Positions 27,609 to 38,574 of a DNA stretch of 64,000 nucleotides are shown here, one piece after another (the stretch's first letter is position 1; each line of letters begins with the position of its first letter). The position numbers were made by a program, and so were the translations under genes. This DNA comes from a virus. The stretch spans positions 32,001 through 96,000 of IMG/VR virus record IMGVR_UViG_3300013102_000002, one strand, 5' to 3'. The notes under the pieces were generated by a model. That model was not told where the DNA came from, searched no databases, and saw only the letters and a program-made list of their open reading frames with translations.

Positions 27609-30378
27609 CTAAGTCCACCTCGTAATAAATTTTCTCAGTCTCTTTAAATTTCAATCCGCCATAAATAATGTCACCACTTTCATCTTGTACCGGGAATCTA
27701 AGTTTTCCGTCATTGTTTTGGAGAAGATTTTTAACGATTTGTTCTCCACACACATCCCACAAGAACTGTTTGGTTTTTTTATTCTTCTCTTTATAGCAAA
27801 TATCTATAATGATATTCGTCAATTCATCAATATCACTACATAATTCCAAAGCCTTCTTTCTAAATTCTTCAATAAACCTCTGTCTTTTCTCCGATTTTGT
27901 CTCATCTTCTTCTCTGGAATTTTTTATATACCTCATGTGAGACTGAATTTTTTGATTGTGTTCATTATGAAGTTCTACTATTTTATTTTTTAGTGATTTA
28001 TCATAATACTTAACCGACTTCATGATTTTATAGTCGAATATAATATCTTTACTCTTTTTTGTGGGTGTTTTAAATTCATTTTCAATCTTCCAACAAATAC
28101 GATTCATTGTTGAGTTAGCAAGTGACACCGGAAAGTCTTCTAGATATGATTTTATAAACTCACTTTCTTCATCAGACTTATTTTTTTTATTTAACATTTG
28201 TTTCAGAGAAATACCAAATCGATAATTACAGTTAGTATTGTTGTTCGCAATATACCTTTTATATTTTTTCATTAGATGAGGATATATGTATATAAAGAAG
28301 TATGGTTTTTTATCTGCAACAATAAGATTATTAAGTCTTTTTATTTCTTTGATTTCATCGTTATCTTTTTCTGATAGCTCACTATTTTTTTTATCATACC
28401 ACTCCTTTGGCATGGGATTGCTCTGTATACCTTTTGTTTTGTCTATTGCATTTTGTTGGTAATGCTGTACACATGTAATACGATATAAAACTTCTTTATA
28501 TTCATTGCTATCTTTATCCAATGTAGCAAGTACATCATACATTGCCGTGCCTCTATTTGTAACTGCCCCAATTTCGTCTCCAAAGGAGAGTTTATTGGCC
28601 TTAATTAGAGATTGCTCGTCTGGAATGATCTTGTCGGCGCTTTTCTGAGTACAGATAATTGGTTTTAGGTTTTTTACAGCACCCTTAATAATATCATTGT
28701 TGACAGTTAACATTAAGTCGGCATCAAAATCCATACCATTTAGAGCGTTTGCTGTACTATCAAAAGAATTCACGATTGTTACTGTTTTCATGTGTTTGTA
28801 CCATTTTTCAGTTTCTTCTGATTTGATCAATTTAAATGTACGAATATTATTATGTAATGTCATTGGTGCTCTAAATGCAACCACTTCACTAATGTCCTTT
28901 TCATTCCAGTGATTGCTATAAAATTCTCCTGCTTTTAAAATTCCTGTTGGCGCAATACCAAACATGCTTTGACAAAGAGAGTAGGGGTCACCGGACGCAA
29001 TACTAAAATTGCCCTCGACAATCAAGTCGCCTTTCTTGGCATCATCTATTCTTTTAGAAATCATGTCATAAATTCTATTTTTAATAAATGGGTCATTATT
29101 CATTCGATGATCTGCCATTATTGCCATTGAAAAATCATATTGGCTGCTTAGTACATTTTCGTCTGTTAGATGATCTCCTCTAAGAAATAGGAGGGACTTC
29201 ATATGGTCGTCGCCCAAAGAATCTTTAATCATTCTTACTGTCGGATAAATTAATGAATCAATCTGTTCATCACTAAGATCAAGAGACTGTATAAATTGAT
29301 AATTGAGATTTCTTTGGTTCTCTAGTTTTTCTGGAGCAACTTTAGTGACACTCAGAGTATAGGAATTTTCCTTGCAACATCTCAAGTAGTGTTCCATATT
29401 ATCATAAGAACCCCACAGTTTTAACATTGATTCGGTAAGTATTAGTTCCGCATCATGGATATTCCTTTCGTCTCCCCATATATCTATCACAGTATCTTTT
29501 TTTGCTATCGTATCAGCAAAATCTGTATACATAAAGGGGAATATCATACCTTTGATGAAACTTCCTCTTATACACATACCACTGGGAACATAATCTTCTC
29601 CAAGCTCCTTATTCCATCTTTCCAGAAGAGAAGGTAGCGCCAAACCGAACCCATCGCTTGCATTGTTTTCACATAAGCAATCATCCACATCTTCCATTTT
29701 AGGGAATTTACTGTCTTCTTCATCATATATCCTAATTACATTTTCCTTGAATGAGGTAATACAATCTTTTACAACAATAATTCCCTTTGGATCTGAGACA
29801 GGTACGCTTGCGCTACAAGACAAGGCTTTATAAGCCTCTAATTTTGCTGGAACAAACGTAATATTTTTATTTCTTCCATTGTCGATTTTATTATTGATTA
29901 TTTCGTGTATATCTTCACTCATATAAACAACGGTACTGTTTTTTGCACCTCCGGTAGTCGCCAACAAACGATTAAATCTCTTTCCATTAATATAAAACCC
30001 TTTTTTTCTATTCATTCTGTCAAAATCGGAAATTTTATCAATGATAACGCATATGTATTCTGGAACATATCTCAAATCATTAAGTTTTATGTATAGATTC
30101 TTAATCTTTACTCTGTTTTCAAGTGAATTTGATTCTTTTTTTGTCCTTTTAATTTCATTTTTAACTTTTTTAATTTCTTTTTCGATATCTAGATTATTCT
30201 CAGATTTATCTCTATGTATTTGTTTAATGAATCTAATTACTGAACTATCAGCCAAGGAAACAATTTCATCATTCTCCATAGCTTCAGATAGGGTAATCTT
30301 TAAATCCCAATTTGCTTTTCTAATTCTAGTAGAATTAATTTTTAATATGTATTTAAGACTCGTCTTTTGCTTTGCCAA
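27589..30378 (-). CDS. yonO: YonO-like single-subunit DNA-dependent RNA polymerase
   Basis: SDGFG, IRGSFIKG, FRAP, GMDFDAD catalytic loop, QNAIDKTKG; position at the head of the late operon as in SPbeta. Confidence 0.85.
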   Translation of the reverse strand: MAKQKTSLKYILKINSTRIRKANWDLKITLSEAMENDEIVSLADSSVIRFIKQIHRDKSENNLDIEKEIKKVKNEIKRTKKESNSLENRVKIKNLYIKLNDLRYVPEYICVIIDKISDFDRMNRKKGFYINGKRFNRLLATTGGAKNSTVVYMSEDIHEIINNKIDNGRNKNITFVPAKLEAYKALSCSASVPVSDPKGIIVVKDCITSFKENVIRIYDEEDSKFPKMEDVDDCLCENNASDGFGLALPSLLERWNKELGEDYVPSGMCIRGSFIKGMIFPFMYTDFADTIAKKDTVIDIWGDERNIHDAELILTESMLKLWGSYDNMEHYLRCCKENSYTLSVTKVAPEKLENQRNLNYQFIQSLDLSDEQIDSLIYPTVRMIKDSLGDDHMKSLLFLRGDHLTDENVLSSQYDFSMAIMADHRMNNDPFIKNRIYDMISKRIDDAKKGDLIVEGNFSIASGDPYSLCQSMFGIAPTGILKAGEFYSNHWNEKDISEVVAFRAPMTLHNNIRTFKLIKSEETEKWYKHMKTVTIVNSFDSTANALNGMDFDADLMLTVNNDIIKGAVKNLKPIICTQKSADKIIPDEQSLIKANKLSFGDEIGAVTNRGTAMYDVLATLDKDSNEYKEVLYRITCVQHYQQNAIDKTKGIQSNPMPKEWYDKKNSELSEKDNDEIKEIKRLNNLIVADKKPYFFIYIYPHLMKKYKRYIANNNTNCNYRFGISLKQMLNKKNKSDEESEFIKSYLEDFPVSLANSTMNRICWKIENEFKTPTKKSKDIIFDYKIMKSVKYYDKSLKNKIVELHNEHNQKIQSHMRYIKNSREEDETKSEKRQRFIEEFRKKALELCSDIDELTNIIIDICYKEKNKKTKQFLWDVCGEQIVKNLLQNNDGKLRFPVQDESGDIIYGGLKFKETEKIYYEVDLDEIDFE

Positions 30379-30426
30379 TAGTTAGTATTCCTCCTTGTTT
30401 TTTATTAATTAGTTATTTAACTATAT

Positions 30427-30693
30427 TTATTCATATGTATTTGTAAAACTAAATTCTCCTTTAAACGGTTCCCGATAAAACACTCCATTATTAGCGTTAT
30501 TCATCATCCAAATTGCTTCATCGTCTACAACATTGGAGTCTAAATACTTTGTACAATCGTTCAATCCTTCTTTCATTTCTTTGGAAACAAACTTCTCATC
30601 TAGATAATCAGCATCTCCGTCATAATACTTATCTTCCATTTCCTTAATTGAAAACCCTTGATATTGCATGTTAATCTCCTGTGTTTTTTTCAT
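30427..30693 (-). CDS. Small acidic hypothetical protein
   Basis: 88-aa ORF upstream of the RNA polymerase gene. Confidence 0.65.
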   Translation of the reverse strand: MKKTQEINMQYQGFSIKEMEDKYYDGDADYLDEKFVSKEMKEGLNDCTKYLDSNVVDDEAIWMMNNANNGVFYREPFKGEFSFTNTYE

Positions 30694-30784
30694 ATTATGT
30701 ATTCCCTTGCCCTTTCTTTTATACCCTCGTATGTTTTATTCAGGAGATGCTTGCTTGTGTTTAGCAATCTCTCTCTGTGTTTAT

Positions 30785-30831
30785 AATATAACATGATAAT
30801 ATTGCATCGTCAACATATATTTATTAATTAA
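30785..30831 (-). promoter_or_regulatory. Conserved box plus sigmaA promoter driving the RNA polymerase operon
   Basis: Minus strand TTAATTAATAAATATATG-TTGACG...TGTTATATT. Confidence 0.7.
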
Positions 30832-30899
30832 ATTCACAATGAGGCCGGGATCAAAGGGAGGTTATTCCTTCATTATATATAATAAAAAAGATGCTGATT

Positions 30900-30988
30900 T
30901 TAATGAATAAATATATACAAATAAATATATATGTGATATGATGTGTTTATGAGACAGATAAGTGCAGACATAATAATTACAATACATA
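30900..30988 (+). promoter_or_regulatory. Conserved box plus promoter of the recombinase-like gene
   Basis: TTAATGAATAAATATATACA...TGATATGAT...AATACATA. Confidence 0.65.
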
Positions 30989-31009
30989 TCAAATAAGGAG
31001 GAGAACATT

Positions 31010-32077
31010 ATGAGTGCTATAACAAACAATGTAGTGGGATTACATACGGGTAGTGTGTGGGAGGATATCCAGACGCACCTAAAAGGATTTGAAAGCAAAC
31101 ACACATCTGAAAATTATGAACGTGGTTTGAGAAAGTTCTTTCAATGGTATAAAGGAAAAGATCTAGAGTTGCTAACAAGGGAAGACTTATATATCCGAAA
31201 TGCAGACGTTTTGAAATACCGCAACTTTCTAAAAGAAATACTCGATGAAGAAGGAGAAAGACAATATACAAATACTTCGATCAACAACGTCATTGCTGCC
31301 ATTCAATCACTTTATGTGTTTCTAGAAAAAAACGATTATGATGTAAAATCCGTTACCACCAGAATCAATCCACTTGCTGATGACTCGGTAAGATGTGGTG
31401 CGCTCTATACGCACGAGGCTGAAAAAATGGCAGACATTGTTGTTGATACTGTCAAAGGAATAGAAAAATCGGCATTGATTAGAATGGCATACACAACAAG
31501 CTTTCGTAAGGATTCCCTACGTAAATTAGAATGGAATGACATTGTAAAACATCCAAGTAATAAATATTACGAAGTGACTGTAATGGGTAAAGGTGGTAAG
31601 AAACATACTGTTCCAATTTCAGAAGATCTTTATCAGTATCTACTGAAGATTAAGGATCAGAAGTATTATGCGAGATATGATGATAATAAAATATTCCACT
31701 TAAGTACTGGGGCAATTCAGGATATGATGACTTTTTTGAAAAATAAACTTGGTATCCCTGAACAAAGAAATGTTGTATTCCATAGCTTCAGAAACGTTGC
31801 GTCTATGTATGGAACATTGGAAGAAGCTAAAGAGCACTACAACCACAGCAGTTACAATGTAACAGAAAAATATAGACACAAAGATAATGACATGAGTAAT
31901 AGTTTGAGTTTGAGAATTGGTGAAAAGATTGACGATGGCGTTTTTGAGGAATTAAGTAAAGAGGAATTAATTCAATTACTTATGAGACAAAACGAAGGAG
32001 TGATTCACCAAATGAAGAGAGATGCACAGAAAATTGTTAATGATAAGATTGAAAATAAAAAGGAGAGTGTTGAGTAA
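31010..32077 (+). CDS. Tyrosine-recombinase-fold protein, candidate MrpR/YopR-like repressor
   Basis: SAM-like N-terminus; TTSFRK, GKGGK, FHSFR, NHSS...KY; C-terminal LSKEELIQLL extension. The repressor role is inference. Confidence 0.8.
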   Translation: MSAITNNVVGLHTGSVWEDIQTHLKGFESKHTSENYERGLRKFFQWYKGKDLELLTREDLYIRNADVLKYRNFLKEILDEEGERQYTNTSINNVIAAIQSLYVFLEKNDYDVKSVTTRINPLADDSVRCGALYTHEAEKMADIVVDTVKGIEKSALIRMAYTTSFRKDSLRKLEWNDIVKHPSNKYYEVTVMGKGGKKHTVPISEDLYQYLLKIKDQKYYARYDDNKIFHLSTGAIQDMMTFLKNKLGIPEQRNVVFHSFRNVASMYGTLEEAKEHYNHSSYNVTEKYRHKDNDMSNSLSLRIGEKIDDGVFEELSKEELIQLLMRQNEGVIHQMKRDAQKIVNDKIENKKESVE

Positions 32078-34255
32078 TTGAATCCTATTATTGAGTTGAA
32101 ATTAACACCAGTGAGAAAAATGTTTTATGGTAATGATTACGGAGTGTATGCCTGTGAGTCAAGATCGCCAGATGTAGAATACAATGCTTATGATAATTTC
32201 GTAATTAATGGCGGAATGCAGGAACTTTCATTGGGTGCAGAATATATAGCATCCATTGAACTTAAAGAAAATAAGAAATATGGAAAAGGTTACGAAGTAC
32301 ACAGTATCAGACAAGAACTACCCACTACTATAGAAGGCCAACACGCCTTTCTAAGAACAATATTAAGTGAGTCTCAGTGCGAACCCCTTATCAAAGCATA
32401 TCCCACACAAGATATTATTCAATTAATTAAAGACAACACACTTGACTACAATAAAATTAGGGGTATTGGAGATAAAAAATTCACAAAGATTCGAGATAAG
32501 GTCATTAAGAATATCGATATCCAGGAAGCACTAGTTGAATTATCAAAGTATGGAGTATCTTATACAATTGTTCAAAAACTGCTTGCTAGATATAATAATT
32601 CACCTACTCTAGTTGTTCAAAAAGTTAAGGCTAACCCCTATATACTTTGTGATGAAGTTAATGGGTTGGGATTTGATAAGGTTGATAAATATGCCATCAA
32701 AACAGGAGTTGAAGTTGACTCACCATATCGCATAGAATCAGCAATTTATTATATGTTAAAACAAGCAGAGAAAGATGGTAACTGCTGGACAGATAAAACT
32801 GAGATTATTCAATTGGCTGCTGGAATGTTATCTTTACCTGAAGCAATAATTATCGAATTTATGAGTAACGGAAATTTAAAGTCGGCATACATAGACGAAA
32901 GTAAAATAGCCCTAAAAAAGACATATATGCAAGAGAAGAAGATATGCGATAAAATATCTCAACTTGTAAAGAGTGAAAATATATTTAGAGTGGACAATAT
33001 TGATGATAAAATTAAAGTTGTAGAAGACGAGCAAGGATTCCAGTTTACAGACGAGCAAAGACAGGCGATATACGATAGTATTGATAATAACGTCATGATC
33101 ATTTCAGGTAAGGCAGGATGCGGTAAGACTGCATTGTTAAAAGGAATTATTAAAATATTGAGTGAATATACATATGATACATGTGCTTTTTCCGGTAAAG
33201 CCGCACAACGGATCACTGAATCTACAGGATTGAAATCACAAACTATACATAGAATACTTCAGTTTAATCCAAAGATTGGCGAGTTTATGTGCAATGAGGG
33301 CAGCCCAATTCCAGTACAGTCTGTTTACCTAGATGAAGGGAGTATGACTCCGACAAGTTTGTTTTATCATTTATCTGTTGCTGTTGCAAATGGGCATAAA
33401 CTGATTATTCTAGGCGATGTAGGACAATTATCCGCTATAGGGTGCGGTAGACCGTTTATTGATTTAATTGAAAGTGGAGTTATAAAAGTATGCGAATTAA
33501 CTAAGGTTCATAGACAGGCAATGAAGTCTGGGATATTGTTAGCAGCTAATGAAGTTAGAGAAGGAAAACAGATTATTAAAAGTGGAGATTATAAACCAAA
33601 AGTTATTGGAGAACTGAAGGATTTATATTTATATCCTAAAGAAACAAGTCAGCAGATTTTTGATCATATTATTCACCTATGCAAAAATAATAAAGATAGA
33701 TTTGATTTGATGGAGTTCCAGGTAGTCGTTCCACTTAAGAAGAAAGGTGTTATTAGTGCAAATAATTTGAATATTGAACTACAAAAAATATTCAATGACA
33801 GAGACGAACAGGGGTTAAAGAGAGGAGACTTTGTTTTTAAAACTGGAGACAAAGTTATTAAGAATGGCAATGATTATGATAATGGGGTATTCAACGGTAC
33901 TCTAGGGAAGATTGTTGAGATTGATTACGATGAAGATACTTTAAGTATTGATTTTATTGGAATAGATGACCTTGTGACATATAAAAGAGATCAGTTATTG
34001 CAAATTGATTTAGCATATGCACTTACTGGGCATCGCGTTCAAGGAAGTCAATTTAAACAAGGAATATTCGCTTTAGACTATGCGGCCTATAAATTGCTGA
34101 ATAGACAAGGTGTATATACTGGTATGACTCGATTTTCAGAGATGTGTGTGATGATCTTTGAGTTGAAGGCGTTAATTAAGGCAATTAGAACGAATGACAC
34201 TAATAAAAGAAACACATTTTTGAAAGATATGTTGATTGAGGAGTTTAATAAATGA
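32078..34255 (+). CDS. recD2: RecD2-like SF1B helicase
   Basis: N-terminal OB/HhH-like region (IRGIG), GKAGCGKT, LDEGSM, LGDVGQL, VHRQ, AYALTGHRVQGSQF. Confidence 0.92.
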   Translation: MNPIIELKLTPVRKMFYGNDYGVYACESRSPDVEYNAYDNFVINGGMQELSLGAEYIASIELKENKKYGKGYEVHSIRQELPTTIEGQHAFLRTILSESQCEPLIKAYPTQDIIQLIKDNTLDYNKIRGIGDKKFTKIRDKVIKNIDIQEALVELSKYGVSYTIVQKLLARYNNSPTLVVQKVKANPYILCDEVNGLGFDKVDKYAIKTGVEVDSPYRIESAIYYMLKQAEKDGNCWTDKTEIIQLAAGMLSLPEAIIIEFMSNGNLKSAYIDESKIALKKTYMQEKKICDKISQLVKSENIFRVDNIDDKIKVVEDEQGFQFTDEQRQAIYDSIDNNVMIISGKAGCGKTALLKGIIKILSEYTYDTCAFSGKAAQRITESTGLKSQTIHRILQFNPKIGEFMCNEGSPIPVQSVYLDEGSMTPTSLFYHLSVAVANGHKLIILGDVGQLSAIGCGRPFIDLIESGVIKVCELTKVHRQAMKSGILLAANEVREGKQIIKSGDYKPKVIGELKDLYLYPKETSQQIFDHIIHLCKNNKDRFDLMEFQVVVPLKKKGVISANNLNIELQKIFNDRDEQGLKRGDFVFKTGDKVIKNGNDYDNGVFNGTLGKIVEIDYDEDTLSIDFIGIDDLVTYKRDQLLQIDLAYALTGHRVQGSQFKQGIFALDYAAYKLLNRQGVYTGMTRFSEMCVMIFELKALIKAIRTNDTNKRNTFLKDMLIEEFNK

Positions 34256-35271
34256 ATATAGAAAATATACATAATGGATTTGTTGCGAAGAATTATAAAC
34301 ATATGTGCAAGGTATTGGGTGAGGAAATTAAAACCGCAGGTGGTGCAAAGAAGTCCCAGCTAAAAAAGTGGGCTTCTTATTTTGAATTTAAAAAAGATGG
34401 TAATAAGTTAGTAGTTACTGATATTTTTCATGAACAAAAAGAATTGTCTAGAGGTGGGAATTTTACGCCATATATAGAAGAAATGAATGAATTATTAATT
34501 CAGATATTATTGAAGGCAGAAAACTATAAAATAATGCTCTCCAAAAACAGATTGTTATTAATGTTAAATATGATTAATGAGAATTATAGGGGATGTAGGG
34601 ATCGTATAACAGGACTTAGTGAGTATCTAAATATAGATAAAATAGACGTTTACGACTTCTACAACATAACAGATAATGTATTAAAAAGAAATGTTGAAAC
34701 ATCTTTAAGAAGCCTGAAAAATAAAAAGGCGATATTTTATAAAACTGCTTTAATATTATGTGATTATAGAGGTGTTCACCGAAAGGCATCAGACGAAGAA
34801 GAGGAAATTATTCTAACAATACAGGCAGATGTATTGAAAAGTATGAATTATTCTGGTTTACTGGAAGTGTATAGGAATGGGAAAATAGAGGAATATACTA
34901 AATTGTGCAATAAAGAATTTCTCGAACAAGCAAATATTTCATACGTGTATGAAGCATATGATATAACACTAAACAGAGACAGGTTAAAAAAAGAGGTTAC
35001 GCTAATGAGTGCAGAGAAGATAAGAGAGATCAATAACACTCTAAATTTATCTGTACAAATAAGATTGATGGAAAATGCTAATAAAAGACATGATAAGGCT
35101 AAGGTGAAAGAAGACGAATGGTTTGGTGAAGTTGACGATAGGCATGAATTTAGAGGAAGGAAAGGATACTTAGACAACCAAAGGAAGTTAATTGATATTC
35201 TGATTGATAAAAAACATAAAATTATTACCGATGATGTAAAAAGCATTGATAAAGCTAAGAAAAATACATAA
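34252..35271 (+). CDS. Hypothetical DNA-binding protein ('KNYK' family copy 1), possible replication initiator
   Basis: 339 aa, coupled to recD2; similar over its length to 41189..42319. Confidence 0.7.
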   Translation: MNIENIHNGFVAKNYKHMCKVLGEEIKTAGGAKKSQLKKWASYFEFKKDGNKLVVTDIFHEQKELSRGGNFTPYIEEMNELLIQILLKAENYKIMLSKNRLLLMLNMINENYRGCRDRITGLSEYLNIDKIDVYDFYNITDNVLKRNVETSLRSLKNKKAIFYKTALILCDYRGVHRKASDEEEEIILTIQADVLKSMNYSGLLEVYRNGKIEEYTKLCNKEFLEQANISYVYEAYDITLNRDRLKKEVTLMSAEKIREINNTLNLSVQIRLMENANKRHDKAKVKEDEWFGEVDDRHEFRGRKGYLDNQRKLIDILIDKKHKIITDDVKSIDKAKKNT

Positions 35272-37017
35272 AAATAAAAAGTTGCCCTCCAAAACGAATA
35301 ATAGATAAAACTCTTATATACGTTTTGCACGGCAACTTTTATAAAAACCCTTAAAAACAAAGGCAAAGAGCCGTCATAAAGCTAAAGCTTTATTCCGTAG
35401 CCATCCAACTACGTTGGCTGTCTCCAACTTAGACCTTTCTGGAACAGGGGATGATTGTTGTGTAATGTTGTGTCAATTTTCATTATAATTTATGTATGAT
35501 TTTAATGGTGTAGTGTCTGGATGAACAAATAGACCAGATACATAGTTGAGGTGTGAATTTGTTATTAATTATAAATGAATTGTAGTTTAAAATTGAAATT
35601 GAGGTAAGAGGAAAAGTGTAGCGATATTAAATATATAATTGAATATTTATATGTGGGTAGTATCCAGGATATTGGGTGCTACCTTTTTTATGTTAATGTA
35701 CCCCCGGTATGGAGGAAGAGGATAAATTTTAATCGTGAGTGAGAAATGGGGTGAATGTGGTGTCGATTAGAATATGAAAATTGATGATAATTTAGTGTGG
35801 ATGAGAGAGGAAAAGTGTAGATAGAATAAGGATAATTTTATGATTGTAGATGATTATATTGCGAATGTGGTAAGTGAGTGCAGAGGGGTATGAGGAATGC
35901 GATATATAGAGTAATCGTAAAAGTTGAGGAAATATAAGGGTTATTGAGAGGAAATGGGGGACAAATGAGGAAAATGAGGTGATTTTAGAGGAAAATTAGA
36001 GGAAAAAGTGTAGGGAATATAAGGGGATTGCGATTGAAATTACGATTGAAATTAGGGTGAAAATGGACGGTAATTGGAAGGTGATGGAAAATAAGAATAG
36101 AGGATAAAATTTATGGAGAGGAGGTGAAAATTAAAAATTGAGTTGAGTGTAGGAGTGGAACAGATAGCGGACTATTTTCTATATTTACCAGTTATTGGGT
36201 TGTAAACTACCCCCGGTATCCCTTCATAGATAGCACATAAGTATAGTTGTATGCTATCTAGCTTAGATGATCAACCTTGACAACTCACTAGTTATATGCT
36301 GCTTATCTCACTGAATTTTATTTAAATTTTTTATTAAATTGAGCATATTTTCATTGAAATTTTTTGATTCTAGGCATACTATATATGATATCACTGTGCA
36401 TATCCACTATACACACTTGCAGAATCGAACGATAACGCGAAACCGCTAAATTATGACATCACATGTATCAACTTGATATATATCATATTGCAATATAAAT
36501 ATCTACTACCAGCATCACGGGACTTATATGCCATATCGGTTCGGCATATATCATATTGATATACTATCACAGTACACACACTCAGACGAAATCTCATTTG
36601 TTATTATCACAATGTATATATCACTATGACTCTTACAATATCATCCTCTTATTCTACTCATCACTACGTTCACTACTCATCATACTATTGTATCCATCTA
36701 TATAATATTATCGATTTAATATATTCATTATGATACTATCATCATGTTATTAACAATTAGTTATTATCTATTTACTCGTTAACCTATCACTAACACTCTT
36801 ATAATTATCAATATTATATTATCAATACAATACTATCATAATGACAATAACACATCTCCATCCAACATCACAGCATATTAACTATACCACATTCATTCCT
36901 CACCGACCTCATTCCAAACATATCAATCTATTTAATAAATAAATATATGTTGCAATCATCTATTATCCATGCTATAATAAATATATAAAGTAAATCATAC
37001 ATATTAATCCTAATCAC
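35272..37017. other. 1.7-kb non-coding region with strand-composition switch; candidate genome terminus/pac site or origin
   Basis: No ORF of 60 aa or more; G/A-rich to about 36180, then C-rich/G-poor; TACCCCCGGTAT at 35699 and 36208; GAGGAAAA(A)GTGTAG three times. Confidence 0.55.
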
Positions 37018-37032
37018 TTGGAGGTTATCCAC

Positions 37033-37671
37033 ATGTCAAACACTAAACTTACCGAAGCTTACGAGAAAGCAGTATCTGCCACTGACAAACAGAGATCCAC
37101 TATTGAACGTCACCAGTCACAACTTGACAAGATGCTTGCAACTCTCACTTCTAAAGGTGTTGACATCAATGACCTCGAAACTGCCAAATGGGCTAACACT
37201 GACAATGATCTTTACTGGGACATCTGCAAGATTCAAAGCAAGCAAGGTGACATCAAGAACGCTATCAAGAAACTAACTAAATGTGAATCCATTCAATCTA
37301 ATTGGTCAGATAAACTTAATAAAGAGATTGAGAAAGCACAACTGTTCTCAGAGCTTCCAGCTATCATCCTAGAGTTTGCAGAGAGATATAGAGTACGCTG
37401 CATTGAATGGCTGTTAGAAGGTCCAGAAGGCTACACACAAGCCGAAGCAGAGAAGAAGGCAGAACAGTTCAAGAAAGATCTGCTTACCACTCTAGTATAT
37501 AGAGTATCTGCCAAGGTTGGTAAAATCACAGACGCAAAAGGCTTAACAATTGGTATGAATGGTGAACTCAATGGTTTGGTTATTGGTGATAAAGACAGCG
37601 CAACTGTTACAACAATCCTAGCAGGTGGATATAATATCCAATGCTTGCACTATAGAGTATTAGTAGGCTAA
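37033..37671 (+). CDS. Conserved phage hypothetical protein
   Basis: ATG 37033 after GGAGG; C-terminal TILAGGYNIQCLHYRVLV; followed by a hairpin. Confidence 0.8.
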   Translation: MSNTKLTEAYEKAVSATDKQRSTIERHQSQLDKMLATLTSKGVDINDLETAKWANTDNDLYWDICKIQSKQGDIKNAIKKLTKCESIQSNWSDKLNKEIEKAQLFSELPAIILEFAERYRVRCIEWLLEGPEGYTQAEAEKKAEQFKKDLLTTLVYRVSAKVGKITDAKGLTIGMNGELNGLVIGDKDSATVTTILAGGYNIQCLHYRVLVG

Positions 37672-37736
37672 TAACAAAAAGGCTCAGAGAGACACTGAGC
37701 CTAAATATTCCTAACTTTGAAGGGTGGATACATATA

Positions 37737-38279
37737 ATGTTCAATAAAGCGCTCAAGGCTCTTCCTAGTAATGTTGGTTATGATCCAGGTGAGCATACTA
37801 CCGTTTCAGATCTGCTCTATATTGTTCAACATGAGTTAGACCTCATGAATGAAGAACCAGAACAATATGAACACATGTCAGCAAGAGAATTTAATAAACT
37901 ATCCAATCAATATAAAAAGTTTATTGTTCGTTTCAGTAAAGAAAAAAACTCTTCTAAAACAAAATATACATATGTAGGTAAAATAAACGGTTATGACTTC
38001 CAAAGAACTTCAACTAAAAAATATACTCATGCTGTAGTATGGGTATCTGATAACAACAAAATTACTCTCTCTGAATCTGCAAGTTTCTGCGGTAGTTTTG
38101 AATTGGCCCTAAAGAGATCCCATAAAGAGATAATTAATTTTGTTGGAAAAGATTTAGAAAATAAGGGGATAGATTGGTCTAATGTCTATACAGATATTTG
38201 GTTTGTTGAATGGAGTAAAGAAATTGCTGGCCCTAAAATTCCGGGATTTTGGCATATTGTTCAATTAGAGGTGGAGTAG
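37737..38279 (+). CDS. Hypothetical protein
   Basis: 180-aa ORF. Confidence 0.7.
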   Translation: MFNKALKALPSNVGYDPGEHTTVSDLLYIVQHELDLMNEEPEQYEHMSAREFNKLSNQYKKFIVRFSKEKNSSKTKYTYVGKINGYDFQRTSTKKYTHAVVWVSDNNKITLSESASFCGSFELALKRSHKEIINFVGKDLENKGIDWSNVYTDIWFVEWSKEIAGPKIPGFWHIVQLEVE

Positions 38280-38574
38280 TTTTCATACTCTCACACCTCA
38301 CACAATCCATTCTAAGCCATTCCACTACACTCCGCATATTAACACTCACTCTATATACTCACGCTGTCACACTGCCTATGTTGTCTCATATATATAATCT
38401 ATCTCGCTGGATCACAGCATATACTCACACGGTTGCAATATAACATTGTTACTCATCATCAAGTTTAATAAGTAAATATATATTGCATTACATACATAAC
38501 CATGTTATAATTAGTTATAAGTTAATAGCACTCACTGTTAACACATTCCAGCATCACAAAAGGAGATCATACAT

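Noticed and set aside
19666-34255. Inteins or introns in terminase, RNA polymerase or RecD2
   Set aside because: Lengths and motif spacing look normal; no C/S...HN intein ends or frame breaks seen
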